A stretch of 64,000 bases of DNA, taken from Patellaria atrata CBS 101060. Its lineage: Eukaryota. The DNA is taken from assembly GCA_010093705.1 (NCBI GenBank), contig MU006117.1, forward strand, positions 139,707 through 203,706, written 5' to 3'. The notes beneath the pieces were generated by a model, which was not told the DNA's origin, ran no database searches, and saw only the letters and a program-made list of their open reading frames with translations. The position numbers and the translations under genes are program-made. Below are positions 33,749 through 46,728 of the stretch, piece after piece. How positions within the stretch are numbered: the first letter of the stretch is position 1; every line of letters starts with the position of its first letter.

Positions 33749-35894
33749 TTATTGGGGTGTCTTGCCCGGAATGGGATAAGCAGGCGCGACAACGCCTCCG
33801 AACCCGCTGGGCAATAGACCCGCATAATCCGCACCTTGAGCCAAGAACGGGGGGAAGTCTGGCAGATAGACGGAGCCCTGGGTCGGGATCTGGTTGAGGT
33901 TGAAGAAGCGGAAGATGATGTCGAAGACGCCGAGGGAGGGATAACCTTGGTTGCCGGAGAGAGCGCCGGTGGAGATGGCGGTGTGCTATGATAAGTCAGA
34001 AGGGGAACATTGACGGGGGATAAAGAAAATTCAGGGGGATACAAGGTGGAAAACTGGTGGGCGAAACGGGAATGTGGAGGGGAACAGGATGAAGAAAGAC
34101 TTACACCGACGGCGTGATCGATAATGTTTGTGGCTTTGTTCTTGAAGAAGCGGGTTTTCATATAGATGGCACTATCGAGAGGTGTGATGTAGTCGGCCGT
34201 GTTACTGATATAGAGGATATGACCAGCGATCTTGGTGCCGCAGAAGTTCGAAAGAAGTTTTCCTAATCCACTGTCAATTTTGTGTTGGGCAAGATAAGTA
34301 GAGTCTCACTTACGTGGGAAAACATTTATTGGTTTGACTTTCCATTCTAGTTCACGCAATATTAGTAATCTATACGATAATGATGCAGACCAATTTGCGT
34401 ACCTGAACAGAACAGCGTGTTCTGCGCAACGATACCACCAACAGCTGGCGAGGTAGCCAGCATTCTGTCGAGATACCGCTGGAAGTCTCGGTTGTTCTTT
34501 AGGCCAACGTTTGACGGATCCATGCACACACCGGCTATGATCAGATCGAACGGGGGATCAATACCAAGTGGTGGAAGGGGAGCAGGCTCAGCGTAGATGA
34601 TAGCGGAGGCAGCACCAGTGGCGGGTCCAGCTTGACCAGCTTCCAACTCGGCAAGGAGACCAGCCAGTTGAGGAAAGAACGTGAAAGAATCTCCAAGTGC
34701 TGTGCCGACAAAGTTATGGAGAGCTGAGTAATCGAAGGGCGGGTATGGCGCATTGGGAATGGATGCCCTCTTGAACTTTCTGTCAATAGCCTCATAACGC
34801 CTTCTGAGTTGAGCTGGGGTAGTCGAGTTGCCCAGGAATGGACATGCTTCTGGGCCGGCAGCAACACAGGTCGTGAAGAAGCCGTCAAGAGCAAGCTCAG
34901 AATCAACAACGGTGCTGGGTTGATCATCTGATACAGTATATTGAAGATCTGAGCGCACAACACCTGGATATTGTTAGCACATAGAAAGCAAACAACAGAT
35001 GAGTCAGAGTGGCACAAACCATCCAATACGAACTTATCAACTGCTTCAGGGTAAAGAGCGGCGAACGTTTGAGCAGTGTGAGTCCCGGAGGAAAACCCGT
35101 AGAAGCTAATCTTCTTATCACCCATGGCTCTCATGACTGTGTACATATCAACAGCACTAGGGTAAGTTCCCGACCATTTGAGTGCGTTGCCGCTATACCT
35201 GGCGCAGTTTTGCGCGAACCGTTTAGCACGAGCACGCTGAGCGGGAAGTGCACTCCTCGAAGATCCTAGAACAGGTGGCGCAGTCCTTTGCCAGTTGACG
35301 CGTGCTTCCTGGTTCGGGAAGCAGCGGATTGAGGGGGTAGAATAGCCTGTTCCACGTCTATCGATTCCAATAACATCTAAGTTAGGATAGAGAGTAGCAA
35401 AATCACGTCCAATCTGAATCACAGCATTGGTACTACCATCGATGTTAGAAGTGAGGTAGAAAACACTCAGGGATAATGATTACTTAGAAGCACTGAAGCC
35501 GCCTGGGAGGTAGTTAGCACCAGAGTACTACAATGTAACAGATACTGACTTACCCAGAGAGAACACAACGCTACCGGTTCGATTGCCACCAACTGCCGGA
35601 AGCTTTACAACGGCTATCTCGACCTTTTCCCGCCGTTTAGGATGTGTTACATCCGCAGGGACCTAGCAATTAGACATTAACACTGCGAATAACTATCAAA
35701 TGGTATCCCGAGTGGTCATTTACACGAAGACGAGCGCACTGGAATCCATCATAGCAATCCACCCAGGTCAAAGTATCTCGAGGAGTAAGGCTAGGAAAGA
35801 AATTGGGATCAATCGCGGTCGGAGGCGCTTGGGCAGAAACACATGTTGCAAGAATCGCACCGCAAAGGGCACTGAGTCTGTAAAGAGTGACCAT
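33749..35894 (-). CDS. Secreted alpha/beta hydrolase, tripeptidyl-aminopeptidase (TAP)-like, multi-exon
   Basis: Signal peptide MVTLYRLSALCGAILATCVSA; LTWVDCYDGFQCARLR|VPAD; IGIDRRGTGYSTP; nucleophile YGFSSGT; KFVLD|GVV; acid NTADYITP; His AVG|HTA; stop TAA at 33751-33749. Confidence 0.88.
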
Positions 35895-37351
35895 GGTCGG
35901 ATTGGACTCAATGAAAACGAATGTAGAGATGGATGTCGACCGGACGACAAATCTTGTTCAGGGGATGCTACTTTGATATATAAAGGTCTACGAGGTAGAT
36001 CTATAACCCGTCTGACAGAGCTTTGGGCAAGTTCACACTATGCAGTGAGTGGAGCAGATACCGAAATGAGGTATAACTGCAACACAGGGGCGGTTAATGG
36101 CGCTCAGGACGGTTTGGCTCGGCTTCACTTGTGTTCCTTTTGCTCCAACGTCTGTTTCTCCATCGTGGCGAGGCGTCAACTTTATAACATAGAGGACTAA
36201 ATAGAAGTTGTCGTTACCTTGCCATATTTTCACCAGTTTAGAATATTTGTAAAGTCTAGGCCCGCTATGCGGACTAGAATGCTTTTCAGAACTTTCTTGA
36301 GTGGGTGACATGTCCAAAAGCTGGTACTGTACACTTCTGCATACAGACTTGAGCAAGTTTGAGGACGGACAATGAATTAACACTAGCCTAGCGTCAAGAG
36401 CTGAGAAGGACCCCTGATAGGAGTATGTCACTATTGGGAGAAAAACCGGGAGCCAAGAGAATAGCTGCTGGTCCAAGTTAAAAGACAGATAGGACTACAG
36501 GAAGACAAAGACCTATTCCACCATATCGTAACTAAAAAGCAGGGGATCCAGTGATTTGGCCAAGCTTTGGGCTCAAGGCTGAGAGGTTAAAGGGGAGCCT
36601 CGATCTCAATTGCATGCGAATCGTAAACTCTACAAAGCGCCCCTCTTCAAGCCACAGATTCTATCGTGGCAGAGCCGTAAGCTCGGAGAGTCAATATTCC
36701 GCTTTCACCAGACAAAGATCTTTTTAAAAGAATATAAATCGAATTCGTGATCGTTCATGTAGAGTAGGTTAAACTTTATATGATCCCTGACCACAGTATG
36801 GTGAGTGTCGAACTTACACCACGCCGCGGAATATGGTCATTATAGGGATCTCTTGAGGAGCTTACTGTAGCTTAAATAGATCTCACAAGGATACCAAGCA
36901 TGATTGATCACCAGTGCAGCCACATTCTAAGAATCGGGTAAAACCGAACGACCAAGGAGACGAGAGTTGTGGAGGAAAGATGGTTCAAGCATTGGCCGTG
37001 AAAACGCCGGTTTTCGCTTAAAGCGCTTAGCGTCATGTCCGCTAGTCAGTAATAGTTTAATTCATCTTCAGCTGAATACGTAGTTACCACAGCACTTCCC
37101 TACTATCACGAGAAAATAATCTTCAATCACTGATCAGAGACAAGCACCAGGGAACAGCAGATTATTTCACACTTTTTTTTTATTTCTATTCATTTCGTTA
37201 ACAACCAATTATCCAATCCCGCAGAATAAATACAAGTAATCCGAACAACTACATGAAGATAGGGGTAACAAATCTCCCAAATACAAACTCGGGGCAACAC
37301 TTGTTGTTTGACACAGAATGCTCTCGATCTCTCATAACTTAGAGTAGTATA

Positions 37352-39967
37352 TCAGATCCGGTGTCGACAGTTTCTGATGTCCTGTCTAGCATAAAGGATC
37401 CTCTCCTCGCTTTGACAGTCATGTGGCAAGAATGTCCACAGTTGCTTTGCATGATCGTCCCCGCTCATCTTCTTAGGGTCATCACGATGAGCGCCGAGGA
37501 ATAAGGGAACATCGAAATCTCGTACTAATTGCTTCCGGGCCATATCGAGCTCCTCAATAATGCTAAACTCCTTACATAGCTCTTCACGGATCGTGTGCTT
37601 TAAGTCCAGCACTGTATCCTGGCCACGACGACGTATTGTGATTCGCCAGTTGGGGCGGCTGATGTAGTTCCTACCACGAATAAATATCTCACGAGATATC
37701 TGATTGAACACTACGATAACAGCGATATCAGACATTTGATCTTCTGGTTGACACCCCGGCCCGAAAGCGGCGCCTCGGTCGGTAAGAGCGTTACTAGGAG
37801 GGTTTCGAGGTGTCCTGAACGAAACTACATCTTGTGGGATTCCTCGTCTAGGAGCAATCATATCATCTCCAGCACCTGTGCCTCTATGTTGACCTTCGAA
37901 GAAGTCCCTTGAGTCACGCTCTGGATGTGTGCTCATCTGATAGTCAGCGCGAGGTCCAGTCGGGGCGCGAAAACCGATCTGGGCGCGGGGCCTAGTCGGG
38001 ATAGAAGAGTGTAACGAGGCGCGATGCATATCTTGACGCGGTTGCATACCCTGCGTGGTAGGAGGAACATTCCGGGGACCGATATACGAGTCCTGTTGGA
38101 TATGCGACTCCCCTTCAGGCTGCAGTTGTCGGTACCGATTATCCCAAATTTGTCTCGGGGCGTAACGACCTCCGTATACTTCCCGATGACGAACACCTTG
38201 AGCATCCCAAGCTAATCTGAGTGCATTAGGTCCGCTGTAAGTCTCTCGATGACGGTCACCTTGATCGTATGCCGGTCTATGAGCGTCTATATGTTGCCCT
38301 CGGTGAGGTCTGTCGTTGACATGGATGCGGCGCATCTTCGGGATGGGTCCTTGTTGGGGTGAGTGGGCAGTAGCATCTCCCGTATCCCTAGGTGATCGTG
38401 GACGCTTGTTCTGCGCGGTTTCTTCATCCATACGTGCTTCTGTGCTCTTCTGAGCATTTCTCTGAGATTCCAAAGCATAACTTGGCAGCTCGGATTGACA
38501 AATCGTAGAAGGATTATCTTGCTGCCGTTGTGCTTGATCAACCATACCTTCTGAACGAATGGATTCAGGCGTGGCTGGATGCCGTTGTTCCGCACTGATA
38601 ACAGGTTCTTCGCCATTGTCCTTGCGAGTACGAACGGCAAGGGCCAGCGTACTGGATGACGAACTGCCCGAACTAGAGTAAGGTGGGTCCTCGTCCTCGT
38701 CCTCATCCTCATCATCGCAATCGAAATCATCGTTCCTATTCTCCGGGTTATACTCCTCTACAAATTTCTTTACAGAGCTGGTGTGATCTATGACCGAACG
38801 AGGATCATGAATAAGGCTGTGCTTGATGCCCTTCTTCAATCTTGTTGCGCCGTACGTCTCTATTAACTTATTGAGCTCATTAAGTAATTTGGCATCTCTC
38901 AGTGCGACTTTATTGCCGGCGTTCACTGATGTGCTCTTCGAGATAAAGAGACGTCCAAAAGAGTCGAGCCTTGCGTACACCGACTTTGCATTACTCAGAT
39001 AAGTACCAATCCTCCAAGGACGCTTGTTAACGTTTGGTAGTTCTAAAGGTGTTAGTACCCTTGACGCGAATCTACATCGTTGCCCTTGGTCATCCTTGAC
39101 ATAGACGTCCACTCTAACATTCATACGGCGGCGGTCTATCTGTGGAGGAGTCATATATTGCTGGAGAACTGGTCCGGGTTCGAGTAGTATTTCTTCCCCA
39201 CCGAGGTATATATCCCATTCGATACGGTCTTCATCATTGAGCAGTCGTAACGTTCGCCGAATCTTATCAACGACCGATACCTTGACTAGTGCTGCGATTC
39301 CGTCACTATCTGCATTAGCTGATATGTTATCCTCAACCGCACTCCACTCTTCGAAGACGTCTACGGTTCCTCTCCGAAAAGTTATGGTGAGTGTAACCTC
39401 CACATCTCCCAGTCGCGGTCTGCCTTGGTATATACCCCGTTTTCCGGCGGAAGGTGCTGCATTGTTGTTAATGTTGGTTTGGGCACTTGATGTGTTTCCA
39501 TCTTTGTTCGTGATTGCGATTTGTTTCATGGTTGCATCTTCAGTAGTGTCTCTATTGTGCCCCGTATCCACATCCATGAGGAGAGAATCTGTAGGACTTA
39601 CAGAATTCCAGGATTCTTGACGTGCATGGATTTGTCGTTCAGCGCCGGCACGGGTTTCGGGTGAAGGCACCGCAGGAGAATCATCATGTTCGTCATCGTC
39701 GGTCTTGCCAGATACCTTGGGCTCTTTCTGGATAGTTGCTGGCGACAGACTGGCCGGCGTATTATGTCCTGTCTTCTTCGACGTGTAATGAATCGCTATT
39801 TCAATGACCTGTTGGTAATCCTCGCTCTCCGTCCAATCGGGCTTTACGGCTGAAATAAAGGCGCGAAATTTGTCGTATGTCTCTACTTCATCAAGCTTGA
39901 CGATGATCGGTTCATCATTCCTTCCAACTTCTGTTACAATGACGGACCTGTTATCTTGGGTCGACAT
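37352..39967 (-). CDS. Orphan 871-aa intronless protein
   Basis: 2.6-kb uninterrupted ORF from ATG 39967 (MSTQDNRS...), alternating globular-looking and disordered or acidic segments; no family recognised. Confidence 0.75.
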   Translation of the reverse strand: MSTQDNRSVIVTEVGRNDEPIIVKLDEVETYDKFRAFISAVKPDWTESEDYQQVIEIAIHYTSKKTGHNTPASLSPATIQKEPKVSGKTDDDEHDDSPAVPSPETRAGAERQIHARQESWNSVSPTDSLLMDVDTGHNRDTTEDATMKQIAITNKDGNTSSAQTNINNNAAPSAGKRGIYQGRPRLGDVEVTLTITFRRGTVDVFEEWSAVEDNISANADSDGIAALVKVSVVDKIRRTLRLLNDEDRIEWDIYLGGEEILLEPGPVLQQYMTPPQIDRRRMNVRVDVYVKDDQGQRCRFASRVLTPLELPNVNKRPWRIGTYLSNAKSVYARLDSFGRLFISKSTSVNAGNKVALRDAKLLNELNKLIETYGATRLKKGIKHSLIHDPRSVIDHTSSVKKFVEEYNPENRNDDFDCDDEDEDEDEDPPYSSSGSSSSSTLALAVRTRKDNGEEPVISAEQRHPATPESIRSEGMVDQAQRQQDNPSTICQSELPSYALESQRNAQKSTEARMDEETAQNKRPRSPRDTGDATAHSPQQGPIPKMRRIHVNDRPHRGQHIDAHRPAYDQGDRHRETYSGPNALRLAWDAQGVRHREVYGGRYAPRQIWDNRYRQLQPEGESHIQQDSYIGPRNVPPTTQGMQPRQDMHRASLHSSIPTRPRAQIGFRAPTGPRADYQMSTHPERDSRDFFEGQHRGTGAGDDMIAPRRGIPQDVVSFRTPRNPPSNALTDRGAAFGPGCQPEDQMSDIAVIVVFNQISREIFIRGRNYISRPNWRITIRRRGQDTVLDLKHTIREELCKEFSIIEELDMARKQLVRDFDVPLFLGAHRDDPKKMSGDDHAKQLWTFLPHDCQSEERILYARQDIRNCRHRI

Positions 39968-41030
39968 TGCGAACAGTTCTGACCGAGGATCCGATCTATG
40001 GGTAGGTGGAATGATGTATGCGTAGCTATGTGTGATGGATGTATCGAAAAATGTAGGTGTCCAATGCGAGTGCGAGCGCGATATTGATATGATGTCTCGA
40101 CTTTCGAAGGTAAGTTGCAGGATAAAGTGATGGAATGGAGACGTATAACGGTTTAAATATCCGTTGAGACTCTCAATCACAAGCCTTTCGTTCTTCGTGC
40201 CCCTCTTTAGTCGTAATTCATGGTATGTGTATGCTCAGTGTTATGCATGTGGTTGAACAATGATATATTACCAGGGACAGTATCGCGCGAGCGTACTCCT
40301 TCGGAAGTATGTTGGTTATCAGAAGTTTACAGCGAAGGATGTATCGCGAAGAAATTTTTGCGGCCTTTATATAAACAAGGATGCGACACTGGGGGATCAT
40401 CTTAGGGAAGGAGCGAAGAGCCTCCTGTGAGGCTCCTTCTCTCTTTGTGGCCTGGGACCTCGACATGTGCCTGCCTCGATAACGTCTTCTCTTAAAATAG
40501 TGAGTGTTGATTAACAATGTTGTAGACCGCGACGCCGAACTGGCACATGAGATGAATCACGCATGTTAAATTGGACCAATCATACGAGGAACCACTGGAC
40601 AGATTTTCTGTAACACCACCGTAAGGTATAAGGTAATGTCTTGGGTTCACTTGGTTTTGTGAATGTAAGATTCGGGATAACCTAATAACGTCAATCCCGT
40701 CAGTATCCAAGGCAATCATCAGTGTTGATGACTAACCTGGGTTTTAATGGACGTCGGGTGATGTCTTAACATCACGTGAGAATACCCCTAACACCTTAAT
40801 TAAACCACAACCCGATATCCTGCTGGTCAGTCCAGTGTCCTGGTACTGATGTCGATGGTAAGTCCGTGAAACGACGATAGTAATAAATATCATGTCTTCG
40901 AAGACTTCGCGTCCTTCATTGAAACCTAGTGCCCAACGTACCATTACTCCGCGTATAACTCCATCCATGCACTTGATTAACACGTCCAATCGTCCTCACG
41001 ACGACATAACAACCCCTCATCACCCAAATG

Positions 41031-44000
41031 CTACCTCTCAAATAACTCCTCGCCCTTTGTACTCTCAGCCACCGGCGCAGGAGCGCCAATCTCCCTATCC
41101 ATAAGATTCTCGACTGGCTTGCTGACGCCGACATCTGCTGTCTCTGCACCTTCTAACAACTCCCTATCCGTATCCATGACCGATCTTGTCTCCGGATCAC
41201 CCTTGCCCCGCGGAGTCCTAAGATCATCGTGTTCATCTTCACTATCCTCATCTCTACCCGTCGCCGCACGATCGAGCTCACGTTGCGCTTCGTCCATGCG
41301 TCGCCGTACCTCTGCTGCGACTCGCATGCCGTCGGATACAATATTGTCAAGCATACCTCTGATGCCTTTACCTGGTGCTGCGACGCCAGCACTAGCGCCT
41401 CCGACGGGGAGGGTTACATTCGAGCCTCGTCCCGGAGCACCGGCATTTGAAAACGTGGTTAAGTTGGCGGAAAGTGAGGTAGAGGAAGGAATGGACGGGT
41501 CGAAGAGCTTGAAGGAGTTAGAGAAGGCGGAGTCGAAGAAGTTTTCGAGAACTTCGTCCGCGAGAATGACCATGCGGAAAGTTGGGAGTGTGATGAAGAG
41601 AGGATTATTGGGATCCAATGCTGCGTTTGCTGCAGCTTGGTTGGGTCTAGGTGTTTGAGGAGATTGGGATTTCTTAGGAGAGGTAGGCTTCTCGTTATTT
41701 CCCAGATCAAGGAGATCGTCCTCATCGTCACCGATAGAAAAGTTGTCGATACCAGCGGCTGCTTCTTTTACTTCACCTTCCGTGCGTTGCTGGTCTGGAT
41801 CTGCATATTCGAAACATCGACGGATGAACGCGGAGACGCTACTTAGGAACTGCTCATCTCTATTTTCCCTTCTTCCTTCCCGGGTTTCTGAGGACACCTG
41901 GGTCTGCAGATCATTCATAGAAGGTGATGACGATAAGGATCTCTCAAACCCGCGCCTTGAGAGGAAGAGTAACGCTTCGGATATCCTTAGTATTCCTTCA
42001 CGATCAACCTTACCGTCACCGTCATCATCGTATAGCTCGAAGAAGTAGCTGATGTTTGACATTATATCCTTTGTTCCTTTGACTTGTGCAAAGCCGGCAA
42101 CAACATTCTGTAAGGTAAGGGCACCTGTATTATCTTTGTCCCATTTTTGGAACAATCTCTTCATGAATTCATGATCTGTTGGTTCAGGTCCTGCTCCCCA
42201 CGGTGATAGATTAACAGGCCGGCCCTTCAAGCTATTACCGAAGTACGAGTGCTGTTTCTCCGATTGCGAGTCTTGTAACGGCGTGCTGGGCGAATCCGTT
42301 ACTGCCCATCTCGTGATTCCTATCAATGATGAGCGCTGTGTACTCTACTTGGAACTGCCGTAGTCGCGTAAACTGCGGGAGAGTAAACAAAGAAGAGCAA
42401 ACTTACCAGCGAGAAACTCTCTAAATGTATCGTAATCCATCTGTGTGGCACTCGGCCCAAGCCCTACTCTCCCCGTTTCCACAGTATTACTAGGGACGCC
42501 AGTTACTACTTCAGTCGCTTTGGTCCTTGCATTTTTCGTCTTCCGGTCAGCCTCGGCTTGGATAGTTTGTAATCTTTGTTGTCGCTCATATAAGACTCCG
42601 TAAAACCGGTCATAGATAAATCCTAAATCATTACTGCTCAGTCGTTTGCTTTCTGGGCCTAGATTGCGTATCGACGTCCGTTTGGCAAAGCTCTCAATAC
42701 TATCTAGCACCGCATCTTTATGTTTGGCTCTCTGTTCTGATATCGTATTTTGTGTGATTCCGGTGAATTCTTTAAAAGCAACAACCATAAGTTCCTGAAA
42801 CCGGGTGACTGCTCGTAGTTTTGGATTTTCCGAATTTGGGTGGGCGGACTCATCGAGTCGAGAGAAATATGATTTAAGTATGGATATAAAAGTCCCGTCA
42901 TCGGTTGCATCTAACAGTTCCTCACCATTGATCCGCAGGATAGCCAGGCCGATCTGAAAAAGGACCTTTGGACCCTCTAGGAAAAATACATCTAAGACAC
43001 GGAAAGCAAAAATGAGGGGCATAGAGTTTATGTAAAGCGAGAGAAACCAGGGTAGAGAGACCACAGACAGCTGTATGTCCGACCTGACTAGGTGTTCCCA
43101 TAAGATAGGCATAGTCTTTTCTACTAGTGATTCGAATACTCTCTGATCAAGAAGAGTTCCGTACATCGTCTGGGAGTAATAACCCGGTAAAAGAGTGTTG
43201 CAAAGGACAGATAGAAGGAAAAATGCTTGAGATTCGGACATGTATCTACGATGATTAGTAAAGTTCACGGCACGATAGCGTTTGAGTTCATACATCAATA
43301 ACGCGGCAACGACAATGTTCATTGCCTGACAGTATCCAACATCCGGGTTTATCCAACTGTATGCTGTCAATACGCGCCTTAACCTCCCAATACCTTCCTC
43401 TTCTTGAAAACCAGGGTATTCAGGAAGACTTCGGTTTAGATCTTTTTCAATCTCATCTATGGCTAAAGACTCTCTCCCTTCGTACTTCTTCAAAGTTTCC
43501 TCAAACAGCTTTGGGTTTTGTAGCCGCTCAAAGAATGAACCTGACGTAAGTTCCCATATCTCACCTCTTAAGCGGTTTGGGAGACCGACACGGATGAGCT
43601 TGTGGAACGTAGGTTGGCGTACGAGGGTCGCGTTTCGACCATTCTCTTTCATCTCCTCCCTCCAAAGTCTCATTTTGGTAGCATCGCGTAGCTTTCTTAC
43701 ATTTCCGGGATATTTATAAATCTTCCCTAAGCCAGTATCCGGAGGTTCCCGCATTCCAGAGTCATGGTTCTCAGGGCCGCCTTTCTCGTCTGACAGTTCA
43801 GACAATAGAAACTCAGAGTAACACTCCGAGACCACTGCCCGCAGGTTCTCCACCTCTTTCACACCTTCTCGAAGGCCCTTCTTCAGACCATCACAGAAAC
43901 GTTCGCATTGCTGCCGACTCCCCGCCATTTGTATCGTCAGCTTCTGGCCTCCAGACGATCCCGAACCCTTCCCTTTGCCATCACCAGAGCCATTCCATGT

Positions 44001-44471
44001 AGTTATTGCTAACGCAAACATGTAACTGTGAGTTGGTAACCGTTCTACCCGTCTAATCGCACATAAGGGTAGAATAAACCCATTTCCGGCGGGACCGGCC
44101 CCATGCGTCTGACCTGTGAACGCACTGGATGCACTCAGACTAGCTGTGTTCAGGAAACTCGAGCCCTGCGTTGAAAACAACAGGTATTGCTCGCTCAGAT
44201 GTAGTTTTCCAACATAATGATTCCCTTGTACCCTTGTTCCATCCTTCTCCCCGCGTGAGCCCTCGTTCTGCGGCCCTCTTTGCGTATGGTGAGGGGCCAG
44301 AGTGAGCTCCGCAGTAATCTCTTGGAGTGGATTCTGGGAAGCCGGCAGTCGGAATTGGCTTCTGAAAAGGGTTGCTTTGGAAGGTCTTCGGTCTGATCCT
44401 GGGTTTAAAGGAGAGAGTGTCGGGTCGATGAATTGCTGAGCTTTCTGAACGAGGGAAGAGAGATTGAACAT
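41031..44471 (-). CDS. GYP2: Rab GTPase-activating protein Gyp2/Mdr1 (GRAM-like, TBC, EF-hand); introns 43293-43246 and about 42406-42321
   Basis: FRSQFRLP, KLIRVGLPNRLRGEIWE, IEKDLNRSLPEY (R-finger), GYCQAMNIV (Q-finger), SLPWFLSLYI, EF-hand YDDDGDGKVDREG. Confidence 0.92.
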
Positions 44472-44956
44472 TGCGTTTGACGAGGTTTCTGTTAACCTAA
44501 ATAAGAAGCTAGTTACATGTCAGAACTCCGAGTCTATCCACGCAGTATGCTATCTGATAGAGCCTTACAGAGCTGCTAAGGCTGAGGAATGGATATCATG
44601 TTTAAATTCGAGTGGGAGAGTACTATTGGCTAAGCTCTCCAGAGTTACAGAACAGAGAAATGCCGAAGAACTACCGGCAAGATTTACATCAGGTATGCTT
44701 TGACCAATAAGGTGTCCGGGAAGTCACTACACTAATAAGAACACACCCCACAATTTGATCTGGTAGATACTCCAGAACATGTCAATTGGTAACATTCTGT
44801 CGAGTCGATTCATTAGGTTTAGAAGGACTAATGCTCCATACAGCAACCCTACGGGTCAAGACTAAATCCTGCAGCATTCCCCTACTGCTTCTTCCTCTAT
44901 AGATGTTATGCACTACTAGAACTTAGTGCTGAGAATTTTAAGTAAACTATCTCTTC

Positions 44957-45974
44957 CTACATAGCACCTGGGTATTGTACGCTTACTATAACGAGGGTCT
45001 TGACTTGAGTAGTATAAGACCATAAGATATCATGAAAGAGAGTTCGGACAGTACACCATTTTGTATACCAAAGGCATAGAGCATATGAGGATTGACAACT
45101 CCCATGGGAGAAGAGGTACTTATACCGGAAGTCCGTTTCTGGCTGTGTGATTGTACGACAACCTATGCATTCCATAGCAGAGAATCCCGAGCCGTCCATT
45201 GATGCCCACCACTTCCGATGGTTTTGACAGTTATACCTCATAAGTGAGGGATGATCCAGTTTATAATTTTCGGGAACATGCAAGTACAGGTCTCGTCTAA
45301 ACGCCGGCGTAGATTCAATAGCTTCGAGGAAGCTCTCGCTTGATACAAGGATCGCTTGGTACTTGAAGGCGATCTTGACAACTAGGTTCCGAAGCGGACG
45401 ATAATTCGGTGGTGTCGTATAAACAAGTTTTACGGCTTGATCGAAACCGTGTTCCATAAGTTCGGATACGGTCATCTCTTCTTCAGTCGTATACCGCTTA
45501 AACTTCCGCCTCGCATGCTCTTTGAGTGCGGGAACAATATACTTGTCACCGATCGCGTACATCTTTGCATGAAATGGGAGCGATTCCTCTCTCTCTCGAG
45601 TCTCGTAGTCGAGCCTATACAGAAACTCCAGCATCGCTCACACAGCTGTGGGATCATCGTCGTGGAGTTTGATGACGCCAGATTCAGCTTCCTATATGTA
45701 CGCGTTAGTAATCAAATTCTAACAACAGGTAATCCCGCGACCTACCTTGAAACCTTGTTTGAATGCGTTCGCAAAATACTCGCACCGTCCGCCTAATACG
45801 AACCTATGAAGGTTGTACCGATCCTCGCAACAGACGACTACCAGATCGGAGTACAGGCCAGAGCTGAACGATCTGTTTCAACACAATACGTTATTTCCAC
45901 TACTTCGTACCGAATAGACAGACTTACTCGCTCATGAATTCCTTAAAAGCCACATATGCCTCCTTACTATTCAT
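44957..45974 (-). pseudogene. BTB/POZ-domain gene with an in-frame TGA (probable pseudogene or null allele)
   Basis: Spliced: MNSKEAYVAFKEFMSE|SFSSGLYSDLVVVCCEDRYNLHRFVLGGRCEYFANAFKQGFK|EAESGVIKLHDDDPTAV*AMLEFLYRLDY...HAKMYAIGDKYIVPALK; TGA at 45640-45638. Confidence 0.8.
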
Positions 45975-46728
45975 CCTTTCTTTATGCATGTGTACAATGA
46001 GCGCAGGGAAGACTTTGTAAATCCGTACGTACAGGGAGTGCAGTGGGTACGCTTACTGGATTCTTGGTTGAGGATGGAGAAGTCGAAATTGAGCTGGGAA
46101 GAACAGGACTGTTTATATAGACGCGTATGGTGAATGACCTTAACTGTCCGGACGAGTAACGTGACCAGAGGGCGATTCGACCCACAGAGCATTCACAGAT
46201 TTGGCGTACATAATTGTCTAAGATTAAGAGGCTCCGGGCTGAGCCTCAGGACGAAGATGACCTAGTAAAAGTGAACTAGACGCGTAGCCACTGTAATTGG
46301 TCGTCGAGAAATAGCCACGTAAAGAGCTATGATATTCCAAAGGGAATAGTCTTCCACTATACTGACTACTTCATTTGATCGTGAGCTAAAACTTGGCCAC
46401 CCGGATATAACATAGAATACATTCCACTACGACAAGCAGAAAAGAATACATACAGAGGTATCAATCAATCGGGAGCCTTTCCGACCCAAAAGCGCAAAAG
46501 CGCCATCATGTGCGCCTCCCTAGGATCCAATGCACCTTCCCTCCGTATACCTTCCTAAACCAATCATGACCATATTCGGACTTGAATGTCGTGACACAAC
46601 CATATACCTTCAGGTTGTCCAACACTAAGGTATCCTACTATCCTCCTATCCTAAGGTACAGTACCTCGTGCTCTTGTTCCGTCTCTCTTTTGAAACTTTC
46701 ACCGTTTTTCTCCCCCATCAACTTCCAA

